DNA from: an uncultured Pseudomonadales bacterium
GTDB lineage: Bacteria; Patescibacteriota; Microgenomatia; UBA1400; PJMF01
Assembly: GCA_964583795.1 (NCBI GenBank)
Contig: CAZOWX010000003.1
Location: forward strand, 23,978 to 87,977
Length of the DNA stretch: 64,000 nt
Reading direction: 5' to 3'
Positions 9,987 to 17,525 of this stretch are shown here, piece by piece. A model generated the notes under the pieces. The model was not told the DNA's origin, made no database searches, and saw only the letters and a list, made by a program, of their open reading frames with translations. Both the position numbers and the translations under genes were made by a program. How positions within the stretch are numbered: the stretch's first letter is position 1; each line of letters starts with the position of its first letter.

Positions 9987-11066
9987 ATGGCGAAACGAAA
10001 CACTCCTTCAACTGCTTTATTTGGCAAAAATAGTCGATTTGTGTGGGGTGGGCTGATTGGTCTTGGTGTCATCCTGGCAGTTATCGCAAAATTTTCCCAG
10101 AATATTCAATCCCCTCAATCAGTACTGTTTTCTGAGAAAAAAAGTCAAGTCGTGAAGCCCCCGCAAGACAATTACTCAGACTTTCCCAAGTGGCAGCGAG
10201 TGGAAAACTTTGTTGAGTTGTTTCACTTTGCCATGCCAGACTTTTTTTCGATCAAAACAGTCTCTGAAAAAACTCAATACGAGCTTGAATCAGTGAGAAC
10301 AGTAGGGACAAGTCTGATTCATCTCAGTGTCCTACCGTATGCCACCTTCCAAGAACAAAAACGTGTTCTCGATGCGGGTGGAGAAAAGCAGTTTGGTTGG
10401 ACCAATGCGTATGGAGCGAGTGTGTTTGAGTATCAAAATGACCATCTGACGGTGTTTGTGGTTGATAAAGAGAAGAAAGAAGTGGTGAAATTGGTGACTG
10501 ATGAGTCAAAGTACTTTCCTGTCACGCGCAATATCGCTCGAACATTTGAATCAACCAAGCCTGAAAAGGATATCCACGGGCCGTTTTATGTGAATTTTAT
10601 TGGGAAATACAAAATTCGCTATCCAGCTGAGTTAGAACCAGTGGCCGAGGTTGCGAAACCATTTTCAGAGTTTGTCAAGTGGACCATGCATTTAAAAAAT
10701 TCAGAAAATACAGGTTGGATTGAAATGAGTGTTGTAGATCAGCAAAGCAGTCAAAAAGAGTTTACTCGTTTGGTACTTCAAACTGATATAGGAAGTAGTT
10801 TTGTTAACCCAATTGATGGTCAGAGTGTAAAAATCATACGAGAGCTTAAGGTTGACGGTTCAATAGCAAAAATGTATGAAACAGAAGGCCTTGCAAAGAC
10901 TGAAGCTCCAAATGGAGTAATTGGTGTTATGTGGGAGAAAGATAATAAGTTCTTTAGAATTTATGCAGTCTCAGGTACTACACAGGTAAAGCAAATTCAG
11001 ATAAATGTGTTGGCTCAAATGGTATCGTCTTTCAGGTTTTTAACAGCTCAAGAAGCGATGGAGTAG
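9987..11066 (+). CDS. membrane-anchored hypothetical protein
   Basis: 359-aa ORF with a single N-terminal TM. Confidence 0.7.
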   Translation: MAKRNTPSTALFGKNSRFVWGGLIGLGVILAVIAKFSQNIQSPQSVLFSEKKSQVVKPPQDNYSDFPKWQRVENFVELFHFAMPDFFSIKTVSEKTQYELESVRTVGTSLIHLSVLPYATFQEQKRVLDAGGEKQFGWTNAYGASVFEYQNDHLTVFVVDKEKKEVVKLVTDESKYFPVTRNIARTFESTKPEKDIHGPFYVNFIGKYKIRYPAELEPVAEVAKPFSEFVKWTMHLKNSENTGWIEMSVVDQQSSQKEFTRLVLQTDIGSSFVNPIDGQSVKIIRELKVDGSIAKMYETEGLAKTEAPNGVIGVMWEKDNKFFRIYAVSGTTQVKQIQINVLAQMVSSFRFLTAQEAME

Positions 11067-11106
11067 TATTTTGTATGGTAGTATATGGAATATAGGGGGT
11101 AGGGTT

Positions 11107-11520
11107 ATGGCAGGAAAACAGAATCAGACGAAAAACAGTACAGTACGTCCGCTGTGGATTCAAATCTACTTTGTGTTGGCCGCTTTGATTGGTCTGATTT
11201 TAATTGTGATTGGTGGGGTGAGCTTATCCCAACTCGCTTTGAACTCTGTCCTTGGTGTTAAAGATTATCCAGAGTTTTCGGCACCTTTCCCGTACAAAGA
11301 TCCGACTTTGGTTCGTCCAAATGATGACGGAGTTACTCCAGACCAAAAAGCTTCACTGGAAAAGTGGCATCAAGAGTATCAGAGCTATCAAGAGCAACTT
11401 AAGTCATATAACGCGACCGATCAAAATCGCAGACGTCGCATTGCCGAGAGCTTGGCGATGATTGTGGTGGGTGTTCCAGTGTTTGCGCTGCACGCCCCTC
11501 ACATCTTCAAGAAAGGGTAG
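11107..11520 (+). CDS. membrane protein (DUF5671-like)
   Basis: IYFVLAALIGL...VGVPVFALH pattern; start at ATG 11107. Confidence 0.65.
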   Translation: MAGKQNQTKNSTVRPLWIQIYFVLAALIGLILIVIGGVSLSQLALNSVLGVKDYPEFSAPFPYKDPTLVRPNDDGVTPDQKASLEKWHQEYQSYQEQLKSYNATDQNRRRRIAESLAMIVVGVPVFALHAPHIFKKG

Positions 11521-11542
11521 TGGTTGCGAGCAAACAAACGTA

Positions 11543-11691
11543 CGTCATCCATGCCTCGGCAGGCAGGCCGGCGAAAGCCGGGATCCATTTCAACAAAATA
11601 AAAATAACGATTGATTTCACAAAGAAAGTGTTTTAAAAACGTGTTACTTTATAGTACTCTGACTTTAGATCCAGGTTTGCACTGGGATGAC
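11543..11691. repeat. CGTC-type REP-like element with a nested palindrome
   Basis: CGTCATCC[ATGCCTCGGCAGGCAGGC]CGGCGAAAGCCGGGATCCA ... GACTTTAGATCCAGG..CTGGGATGAC. Confidence 0.8.
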
Positions 11692-11729
11692 AGTACGTTC
11701 CTGAAACCTGAAACCTGAAACCTAAAAAC

Positions 11730-12335
11730 ATGCAACTCCCCAAAGCCGTACGCCGAACAATCGAACAATTTGAGAAACTTCCTGGTATTGGTCCCAAAGG
11801 AGCGCAGCGGATCGTGTTTTACCTGCTGCATCATCCGCAAGCCTACTTAGATGATTTTGGCGAAGCGCTAACAAACTTGAAAAAACAAACTGCGATGTGT
11901 GAGCGTTGTCATAATGTGGGTGAAGAGAATCCGTGTCAAATTTGTGCTGATCCAACCAGAGATCAGTCGCAACTAATGGTGCTGGAACAACCGTTTGATA
12001 TTTTGGCTATCGAGCGGTCAGAACAGTACAAAGGACTGTACCACGTGCTGCATGGTGTGATTGCCCCGTTAAACAATATTGGACCTGAGCAGCTATTTCT
12101 CTATGATTTAACCAAACGACTGGATGGAGTTGATGAACTGATTTTAGCCACCAATCCAACCATGGAAGGGGAAGCGACTGCCCTGTTTATCCAAGAGCTC
12201 ATTCAATCAAACCGCAGTGGAAAACCGCCAATCAAAATCACCCGTATTGGTCACGGTCTCCCGATTGGAGCCGATATTGAGTATGCGGACGGGCTGACGT
12301 TGGCGAGGGCGTTGGAGGGAAGACGGGAGATGTAG
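11730..12335 (+). CDS. recR: recombination mediator RecR
   Basis: LPGIGPK HhH motif, C4 Zn finger, Toprim (ATNPTMEGEATA). Confidence 0.97.
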   Translation: MQLPKAVRRTIEQFEKLPGIGPKGAQRIVFYLLHHPQAYLDDFGEALTNLKKQTAMCERCHNVGEENPCQICADPTRDQSQLMVLEQPFDILAIERSEQYKGLYHVLHGVIAPLNNIGPEQLFLYDLTKRLDGVDELILATNPTMEGEATALFIQELIQSNRSGKPPIKITRIGHGLPIGADIEYADGLTLARALEGRREM

Positions 12336-12419
12336 GATTAGGTGTCAGGTTTCAGTTGTCAGGTGTCGGTAGTCAGTAGGTGAGTTGTTAGACTTCAATT
12401 GCAAACAAGAACGAAAAGT

Positions 12420-12708
12420 CGTCATCCTCGACGCGACAGAGAAATCCTGGCCAGCGGCCAAGAGAGCTCAGTCGAGTATCGGGGATCCAACAATATCCCC
12501 TTAAAAAATCGATTTGTTTGGATAGCCATCATTATTTGGAATTTCCAATAGCTTTTTCCTTTCCCTCATCACAACATTGCGAGCAACAATACGCCGCCAA
12601 TACGAAACGCATTCAGCTTTGAAAAAATATGTAAAAATGGATCCCCGATACTCTAGGGCTTCATCCCGCAGTGCGGGACCAGGTTCATTCACTGGGTCGA
12701 GGATGACG
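12420..12708. repeat. CGTC-type REP-like element
   Basis: CGTCATCCTCGAC...GGGGATCCA / TGGATCCCCG...GTCGAGGATGACG; left arm is nearly identical to the inverted arm at 60611-60680. Confidence 0.85.
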
Positions 12709-12789
12709 CTGAATAGAATAGTAAATTATAGTAAATATCATTACTTTCTATTGCGACTCAGTTGACAGATGGTCTAAAATTATAAGTGA

Positions 12790-12856
12790 ATGAGAAAACA
12801 GTACACGCAAAGTGTTTTACAACTTCCATGCCGATAACGGGTGGGAGTTTTTTTTA
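12790..12856 (+). promoter_or_regulatory. putative leader ORF (MRKQYTQSVLQLPCR*) overlapping an intrinsic terminator upstream of hpf
   Basis: TTGCGA-18-TAAAAT upstream; ORF 12790-12837; hairpin AACTTCCA..TGGGAGTT followed by a T tract. Confidence 0.45.
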
Positions 12857-13081
12857 TGCATGCACTGCAAATCAAGAATTGTGACCCTACCTACCCCTTA
12901 CTCGCTTGTAATCAACTTTCCCCAAAGTGTGTGTCCGGCTTTGGAGCCTGTCCCGCATTCATGTGTTTTTCAGTTTCAAGTGTTATCAAAGCATCTGGAT
13001 TATTATTTATTTCGTTTATTGGGAAAAGGATGTTGCACTAGAGTAGCATCCTGATTTCAATCAACAAGTTGAGGAGGATAC

Positions 13082-13429
13082 ATGAACATTCTTGTTCATT
13101 CCAAAACCATGCAGGTCACTGATGCTCTGCGAGCATACGTCACCAAGCAAGTTCGCAAGCTCGGCAAGTTCTCCATGAAGGTTGAGGCTGTGAATGTGTT
13201 TTTGGAAACGGTAAAAACTTCAGCGGGAACAGAGCAAGAGGCTCTGGCGAAAATTCGAGTGATGATCCCGGGTAAAGACATCATGACGAAGTCCAAAGCA
13301 CATGATCTTTATTTAGCTGTTTCTCAAGCCATCCAAGATGCGTGTACCAGTATGCGCCGACGCAAAGAGAAGTGGATGGATAAACGAGAGCGCAAGATTC
13401 ACCAGAGAAGTGGAGTTTTAAGTACGTAG
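13082..13429 (+). CDS. hpf: ribosome hibernation promoting factor (HPF/RaiA)
   Basis: VTDALRAYVTKQVRKL...DLYLAV; GAGGAGG ribosome-binding site. Confidence 0.88.
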   Translation: MNILVHSKTMQVTDALRAYVTKQVRKLGKFSMKVEAVNVFLETVKTSAGTEQEALAKIRVMIPGKDIMTKSKAHDLYLAVSQAIQDACTSMRRRKEKWMDKRERKIHQRSGVLST

Positions 13430-13646
13430 TCAATCAAGCAGAATGTGCCAGCCCAAGGCTGGTCCGCCTTGGGCGGAGAGTGTGAATTGTAGAAGGTGGA
13501 TGGTTTGGCTGTTAAAAAAGGACCGTCATCCCGAATTCGATTCGGGATCTAAAGTCAAAGAGCTGTGATTTTTGTCTAAAAAGAAGGAATCCCTATCGCT
13601 GATGTACGGTTCTTGTCATAATTACAAGTGATATTACAGAGGTCGT

Positions 13647-13715
13647 GGGGGTGCTAGCTGGTGCTTCGTTGGGCCTGCGAAACCTGACGTGCGGGTTCGA
13701 TCCCCGTCACCTCCA
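13647..13715 (+). tRNA. non-canonical tRNA-like RNA 1 (Ala-type acceptor G3:U70/A73, anticodon GCG = Arg)
   Basis: Acceptor GGGGGTG/CACCTCC-A; mini D-arm AGC-TGGT-GCT; stem CGTTGGG/CCTGACG plus a C.A pair; loop CT-GCG-AA; T-arm GCGGG-TTCGATC-CCCGT. Confidence 0.8.
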
Positions 13716-13730
13716 CGATCGAATAAAATC

Positions 13731-13758
13731 TTGCTTTTCTGCACGATTGGACTATAAT
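13731..13758 (+). promoter_or_regulatory. sigma70 promoter of antisense sRNA 1
   Basis: TTGCTT-16-TATAAT. Confidence 0.7.
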
Positions 13759-13764
13759 TTGAAC

Positions 13765-13832
13765 ATCGCAGGCCTGACGTAAACCAGTAAAGTACATCAG
13801 TCATCAAGTCCCGATTTTGGTCGGGATTTTTT
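13765..13832 (+). ncRNA. putative antisense sRNA 1, complementary to the anticodon arm of tRNA-like RNA 1
   Basis: 13766-13779 TCGCAGGCCTGACG pairs with 13667-13680 (14 bp, 2 G:U); ends in terminator AAGTCCCGA-ttttgg-TCGGGATTTTTT. Confidence 0.75.
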
Positions 13833-13979
13833 GTGCCTCAAATCAATAACTTGTCACCATACCTGGTAATTAATTTTCTCTCAGTATGTAAAGGACGTGG
13901 TAGATGAAGCAGATTGGCTAGTAAGTATATTGGATTGAGGAAGCAGTATCTGTACAACTGAAGAATCTTTTCGATATAC

Positions 13980-14042
13980 AAAAAAACCTCCTGTAACAGA
14001 GGCTTTTGCATGACTTACCTTTGGTGAGTCGTGTCCACGAAT
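13980..14042 (-). ncRNA. putative antisense sRNA 2, complementary to the anticodon arm of tRNA-like RNA 2
   Basis: Minus-strand TTCGTGGACACGAC (14041-14028) is the perfect complement of GTCGTGTCCACGAA in tRNA-like 2; terminator AAAAGCCTCTG-TTA-CAGGAGGTTTTTTT. Confidence 0.78.
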
Positions 14043-14048
14043 GAAGCC

Positions 14049-14077
14049 ATTATAGTGATATTTAACGAAACAGTCAA
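14049..14077 (-). promoter_or_regulatory. sigma70 promoter of antisense sRNA 2
   Basis: Minus-strand TTGACT-17-TATAAT. Confidence 0.8.
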
Positions 14078-14121
14078 TGTCATTGATTGTTTTGCACGAT
14101 TTCAGGGATAACAATTGGTTG

Positions 14122-14189
14122 TGGAGGTGACGGGGATCGAACCCGCTAGTCATGTTTCGTGGACACGACACCTCACCAGAGACACCCCC
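14122..14189 (-). tRNA. non-canonical tRNA-like RNA 2 (Ala-type acceptor G3:U70/A73, anticodon ACG = Arg)
   Basis: Minus strand reads GGGGGTG-T-CTC-TGGT-GAG-GT-GTCGTGT-CCACGAA-ACATGAC-TA-GCGGG-TTCGATC-CCCGT-CACCTCC-A. Confidence 0.8.
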
Positions 14190-14690
14190 ACAACACAGTT
14201 ATTTTGCCACTCAAATATGACAAGAACATGAAATGAATTGAGTGAATTTTTTGTAGGTTCACAATTTGCTTCAATACCTGGTAATGAAATTGCGTTGGAG
14301 TCAGATCTTCGACCTCGATCGTTTCACTTGATCGAGCTGAGCTCGACGGGTTCATTCATCGGGTCAAGTATGACGAGATTTTTTTCGCTTGTAAAACTTT
14401 CTCCACGAGCGAAGACGACACTACTTTTGAGAACTGCACTTATCGAGTGGCGCCACTTTCAGCTCCTAGTACTTCATTATTAACCTACCACCTAGAGTGC
14501 CAAAACAGACAACTCACAACCGACGTGCTCTTTCGTAGCCTCAAGCGCGAAGGAGGGATCCCTGACAACTGGTGCTCCCAAACACCCTTGAAAAAACCGT
14601 GACTTTGTGATACTATAAGCCATTATTAAACCTCCTTTGGATTGAAAAAAAGATTGAAAATCAGGGAGGTGCGTTTTTTAAAAGAAGAAT

Positions 14691-15461
14691 ATGTTTGAAT
14701 TTTTTACCCAGCAAGATGAGGATGGTAGAACAATTCATTTTTATGAGTTTCTTGTTGATAGACTTCTTGAGCATGTTAATCACGTTTGGAATGGGGATGA
14801 GAGACACTATTCCTTGAACGGTAGCGGTGGGTTAAGGGGAAAGTTGTTACCTCGAAGACACAACAGTAAACCTGATCCTGTAACTTCTTCATCTGGAGAA
14901 CCTGTGGTATCATCAATGCCACTTATGACAGAACCAGCAGCCCCAGAATCAACTAGCAGGAATGTCCCTCCAGTACTTGAGCTTCTTGAACGTGAGGAGG
15001 AAGAACTCGAAACTGTTCCAGCAGCAGAATCTGCCCTCTTTGTAATGGTTCTAGAACTTTTTTATAGTGATAAAGTCAGTACTGTTGAGCAATTCCTATC
15101 ACTTCTGGATGGAGTCGTTACCTTTGCAAGGCAAAACAAACTCACGCTGAACATTCGAGCAACGGATTTACCAGAGTCTCCTCAAACAGATTTCAATGTT
15201 ACAGTAGAGCATTTTGAGAGTTTAACCAGGAGCCTTAGAACTCAATGGCAGAAGCTTTCCGAACTTCAAAAAACAGCACAATTACCCAGTGATGTAATGA
15301 AAGCGCTGATAAAACTAACACTAGATACAATGGCAACACCAGTACGAGTCACGATGTCAAGTAACGCTAAATTAGACAGGAAATCACCTCAGGTTGTAAA
15401 TCTTAGAAAACGGATCCAAGACATTATGATGAAGGATCTAATTGTTGAAAAAAAGGTATAA
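14691..15461 (+). CDS. hypothetical protein
   Basis: 256-aa ORF; no recognised motif. Confidence 0.65.
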   Translation: MFEFFTQQDEDGRTIHFYEFLVDRLLEHVNHVWNGDERHYSLNGSGGLRGKLLPRRHNSKPDPVTSSSGEPVVSSMPLMTEPAAPESTSRNVPPVLELLEREEEELETVPAAESALFVMVLELFYSDKVSTVEQFLSLLDGVVTFARQNKLTLNIRATDLPESPQTDFNVTVEHFESLTRSLRTQWQKLSELQKTAQLPSDVMKALIKLTLDTMATPVRVTMSSNAKLDRKSPQVVNLRKRIQDIMMKDLIVEKKV

Positions 15462-15657
15462 GACTTGATTTTTGTGTTACTTTAATTAACTCAGTGTTCT
15501 GATTAAGCTACATCACCAATTTTTATTAAGCGTTTTTCTTCTATAAATAGTCATTTACTACATGTACTTCGATTAGATCTATGAGCTTTGCTTACCATGC
15601 TGCTAACACCAACAAAAAGCATTCGAAGAAAATAAGTAGAGTACCTTTTTCGGAGAA

Positions 15658-15859
15658 CTATTGTGCTGCTCCATTAGGAGAAACAAGCTCACTAGCTGCT
15701 ATGACTGCTTGCTGAGTTAAGCTTAGTGCAGGTTCATAGCTGACTTTCTTAAGTCCTTCCAAATAACGCATAACCTGAGCATCTTGTCCTGCAGTCAAAA
15801 CAACGTCTGAATCAGCAAGTCCCAGTTCTTGTAATGCTCTTCCTTGTACTCCTGCCATA
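15658..15859 (-). CDS. small hypothetical protein
   Basis: AAGGAG ribosome-binding site before ATG and a TATAAT box upstream; start coordinate approximate. Confidence 0.5.
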
Positions 15860-16210
15860 TATTCTCCTTCTTTTATCAAGTACCCGTATTATACCACAAA
15901 ACCCTCCTTTTTTCAACCCGGAAAAGTGGTGGATACCAGAGGGAAGCAGTTAATAGTGGACAGTAAAACAGTGAATAGTCTGTTGCAAGTTTCAAGATGT
16001 AAGTTGCAAGAAAGAAGGGTGGTTGGAGGTTGGTTTAACAGTTAAGAAAGATGAGTTTGAATTGGTTGAATGTCACTACAGCCACTTGAACTAACACGGC
16101 AGGCTTTTACTATTTTGTTGACCCACAGATAATCTTTGGGCCTTTTGCAAAATCAGGTGCTTTATTATTGAATTCATTGACCACTCAGATAATGTCCGTA
16201 ATTTTGGAAA

Positions 16211-16255
16211 TGGATCCCGTTTTTACCCTTTCGGGCACGCGTCAACGGGATGACG
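16211..16255 (-). repeat. REP-like right half element
   Basis: TGGATCCCGTTTTTACCCTTTCGGGCACGCGTCAACGGGATGACG; degenerate inverted copy at ~55323-55365. Confidence 0.75.
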
Positions 16256-16443
16256 AGGCTTTTGACCACTAAACTACTGGTCGACTAACGAACCAACCAA
16301 GCAACAAGGCAACTGTCCACTATTAACTATTCTTTATGCTATACTACCCACTTCTTTTGTGATCTATTTTGAGTAAAAAATGGTATGAAAGATAAGGTTT
16401 ACAAAATATGGCGTTTGGCGGATGATAAGCGACAAAGTTGAGA

Positions 16444-17430
16444 ATGAATTCGTATGATAAAGTTAAAAAATTAAGTAAATTTTTTATTGAACCATATTCT
16501 ATGATTTCAGAAGCAGATAAACGTTTTCTTACCGCTGCAGTAAATGCACTATCAACACCTGATGGTTATGTGCTGATTCTGGCTATGGACGCTTTGGCCA
16601 ATAGTGTCACGTACTTACTGCCAAAACCAGCATCGTTAGCTGCTCATACGACGAAAAATGGACGGGATACTTCAGATTTCCTAGCCTATGGTTCAAGTAT
16701 GCTTCTTGGTGATGGGGGGGAAGTTAATAATTTGCCAACAGAAGCATTGATGAAGGTTTTACAGACTGACGCTTGGAAGGCACTAGTTCAGGCGGCTAGA
16801 GAAAAGCAAGACTATAAAACTGCAGGAGTTACTCAAGAGTCACCGGTGGTTCCTATTGTGCCCACCGTGCGAGATACTCAATTAATGCACCCTGTTGTTG
16901 AGGCTGATACTAACGGCAAAGTTGCAACAACTGCTACAGCAGAACTGAGACCAGTCGTAGCGAAACAAGAAGGGCGAGAACAGTACTATCTATGGTTTTT
17001 TTCACAGGACAGGTTTACACGACTTGTTGCAATTAGAGAACGGTGTAAGTTTCCTAACTTAAGTCTTGATGATAAAGAAGAGTTGATCTCTCAATTTGCA
17101 ACTTTGCTCGAAGAAAAAGACTTAAATCCTAGTCCTGAGACACAGGTACAACAAGTATTTCAGTCTACTGTTGCTGGAGAAATTAGGAGAATTCTGGCAA
17201 GACTGAAAATGACAAAAGTAAAATTGGGGTGGAAGTCACCGGACGATATACCGGAAATGAGAGTAGTGATTGCATGTTCAAATGAAGGTGGATCTACATT
17301 AAATATTAACCAGGCTGAAGCACAAAAAGGTGCCACTATGGAGCTCATTCATTTAAAAGAGTTAGTATTCGATATTTTCAAATGGTGGAGAGTAAATGGA
17401 ACTGATGAAAGTTTGGTTGTTGTGGGTTAA
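16444..17430 (+). CDS. hypothetical protein
   Basis: ~328-aa ORF; start uncertain. Confidence 0.65.
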   Translation: MNSYDKVKKLSKFFIEPYSMISEADKRFLTAAVNALSTPDGYVLILAMDALANSVTYLLPKPASLAAHTTKNGRDTSDFLAYGSSMLLGDGGEVNNLPTEALMKVLQTDAWKALVQAAREKQDYKTAGVTQESPVVPIVPTVRDTQLMHPVVEADTNGKVATTATAELRPVVAKQEGREQYYLWFFSQDRFTRLVAIRERCKFPNLSLDDKEELISQFATLLEEKDLNPSPETQVQQVFQSTVAGEIRRILARLKMTKVKLGWKSPDDIPEMRVVIACSNEGGSTLNINQAEAQKGATMELIHLKELVFDIFKWWRVNGTDESLVVVG

Positions 17431-17525
17431 TTCGTATTTGCGTTTGTTTAAATTTCTCCAGTCGTATTTCCATCCACCCCTCCTCCCCCTTGCACACACC
17501 ACACCCACATAGTACGCTGTAATAC

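Larger units (their letters stand above)
13524..14375. mobile_element. REP-bounded non-autonomous element carrying two tRNA-like/antisense RNA modules
   Basis: Left arm CGTCATCCCGAATTCGATTCGGGATCTAAAGTC at 13524; inverted right arm 14298-14375 ending GTATGACG. Confidence 0.6.

Noticed and set aside
12501-12692. Decayed GIY-YIG gene inside the REP element
   Set aside because: Only short AT-rich matches (ATTGGAAA, AAACAAATC) to the 28007 gene; not distinguishable from chance by eye.
13691-14146. Identical 26-nt GCGGGTTCGATCCCCGTCACCTCCAC copies read as tmRNA/tRNA att-site remnants of an integrated element
   Set aside because: The copies are inverted rather than direct, each has a complete pairing 5' half, and no integrase is present.
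13647-14189. tmRNA (one- or two-piece)
   Set aside because: The ends resemble the tmRNA tRNA-like domain, but each unit closes in under 70 nt with an anticodon-like loop; no tag ORF or pseudoknots are seen.
13647-14189. Arg-to-Ala genetic code reassignment
   Set aside because: CGT, CGC and CGA encode invariant arginines in conserved motifs of dnaX and the DEAD-box helicase in this window.
13881-14483. Short ORFs 13881..14171, 14173..14355 and 14238..14483 as protein toxins
   Set aside because: They run through the tRNA-like, sRNA and REP sequences, lack a ribosome-binding site or TM character, and are not shared between the two modules.
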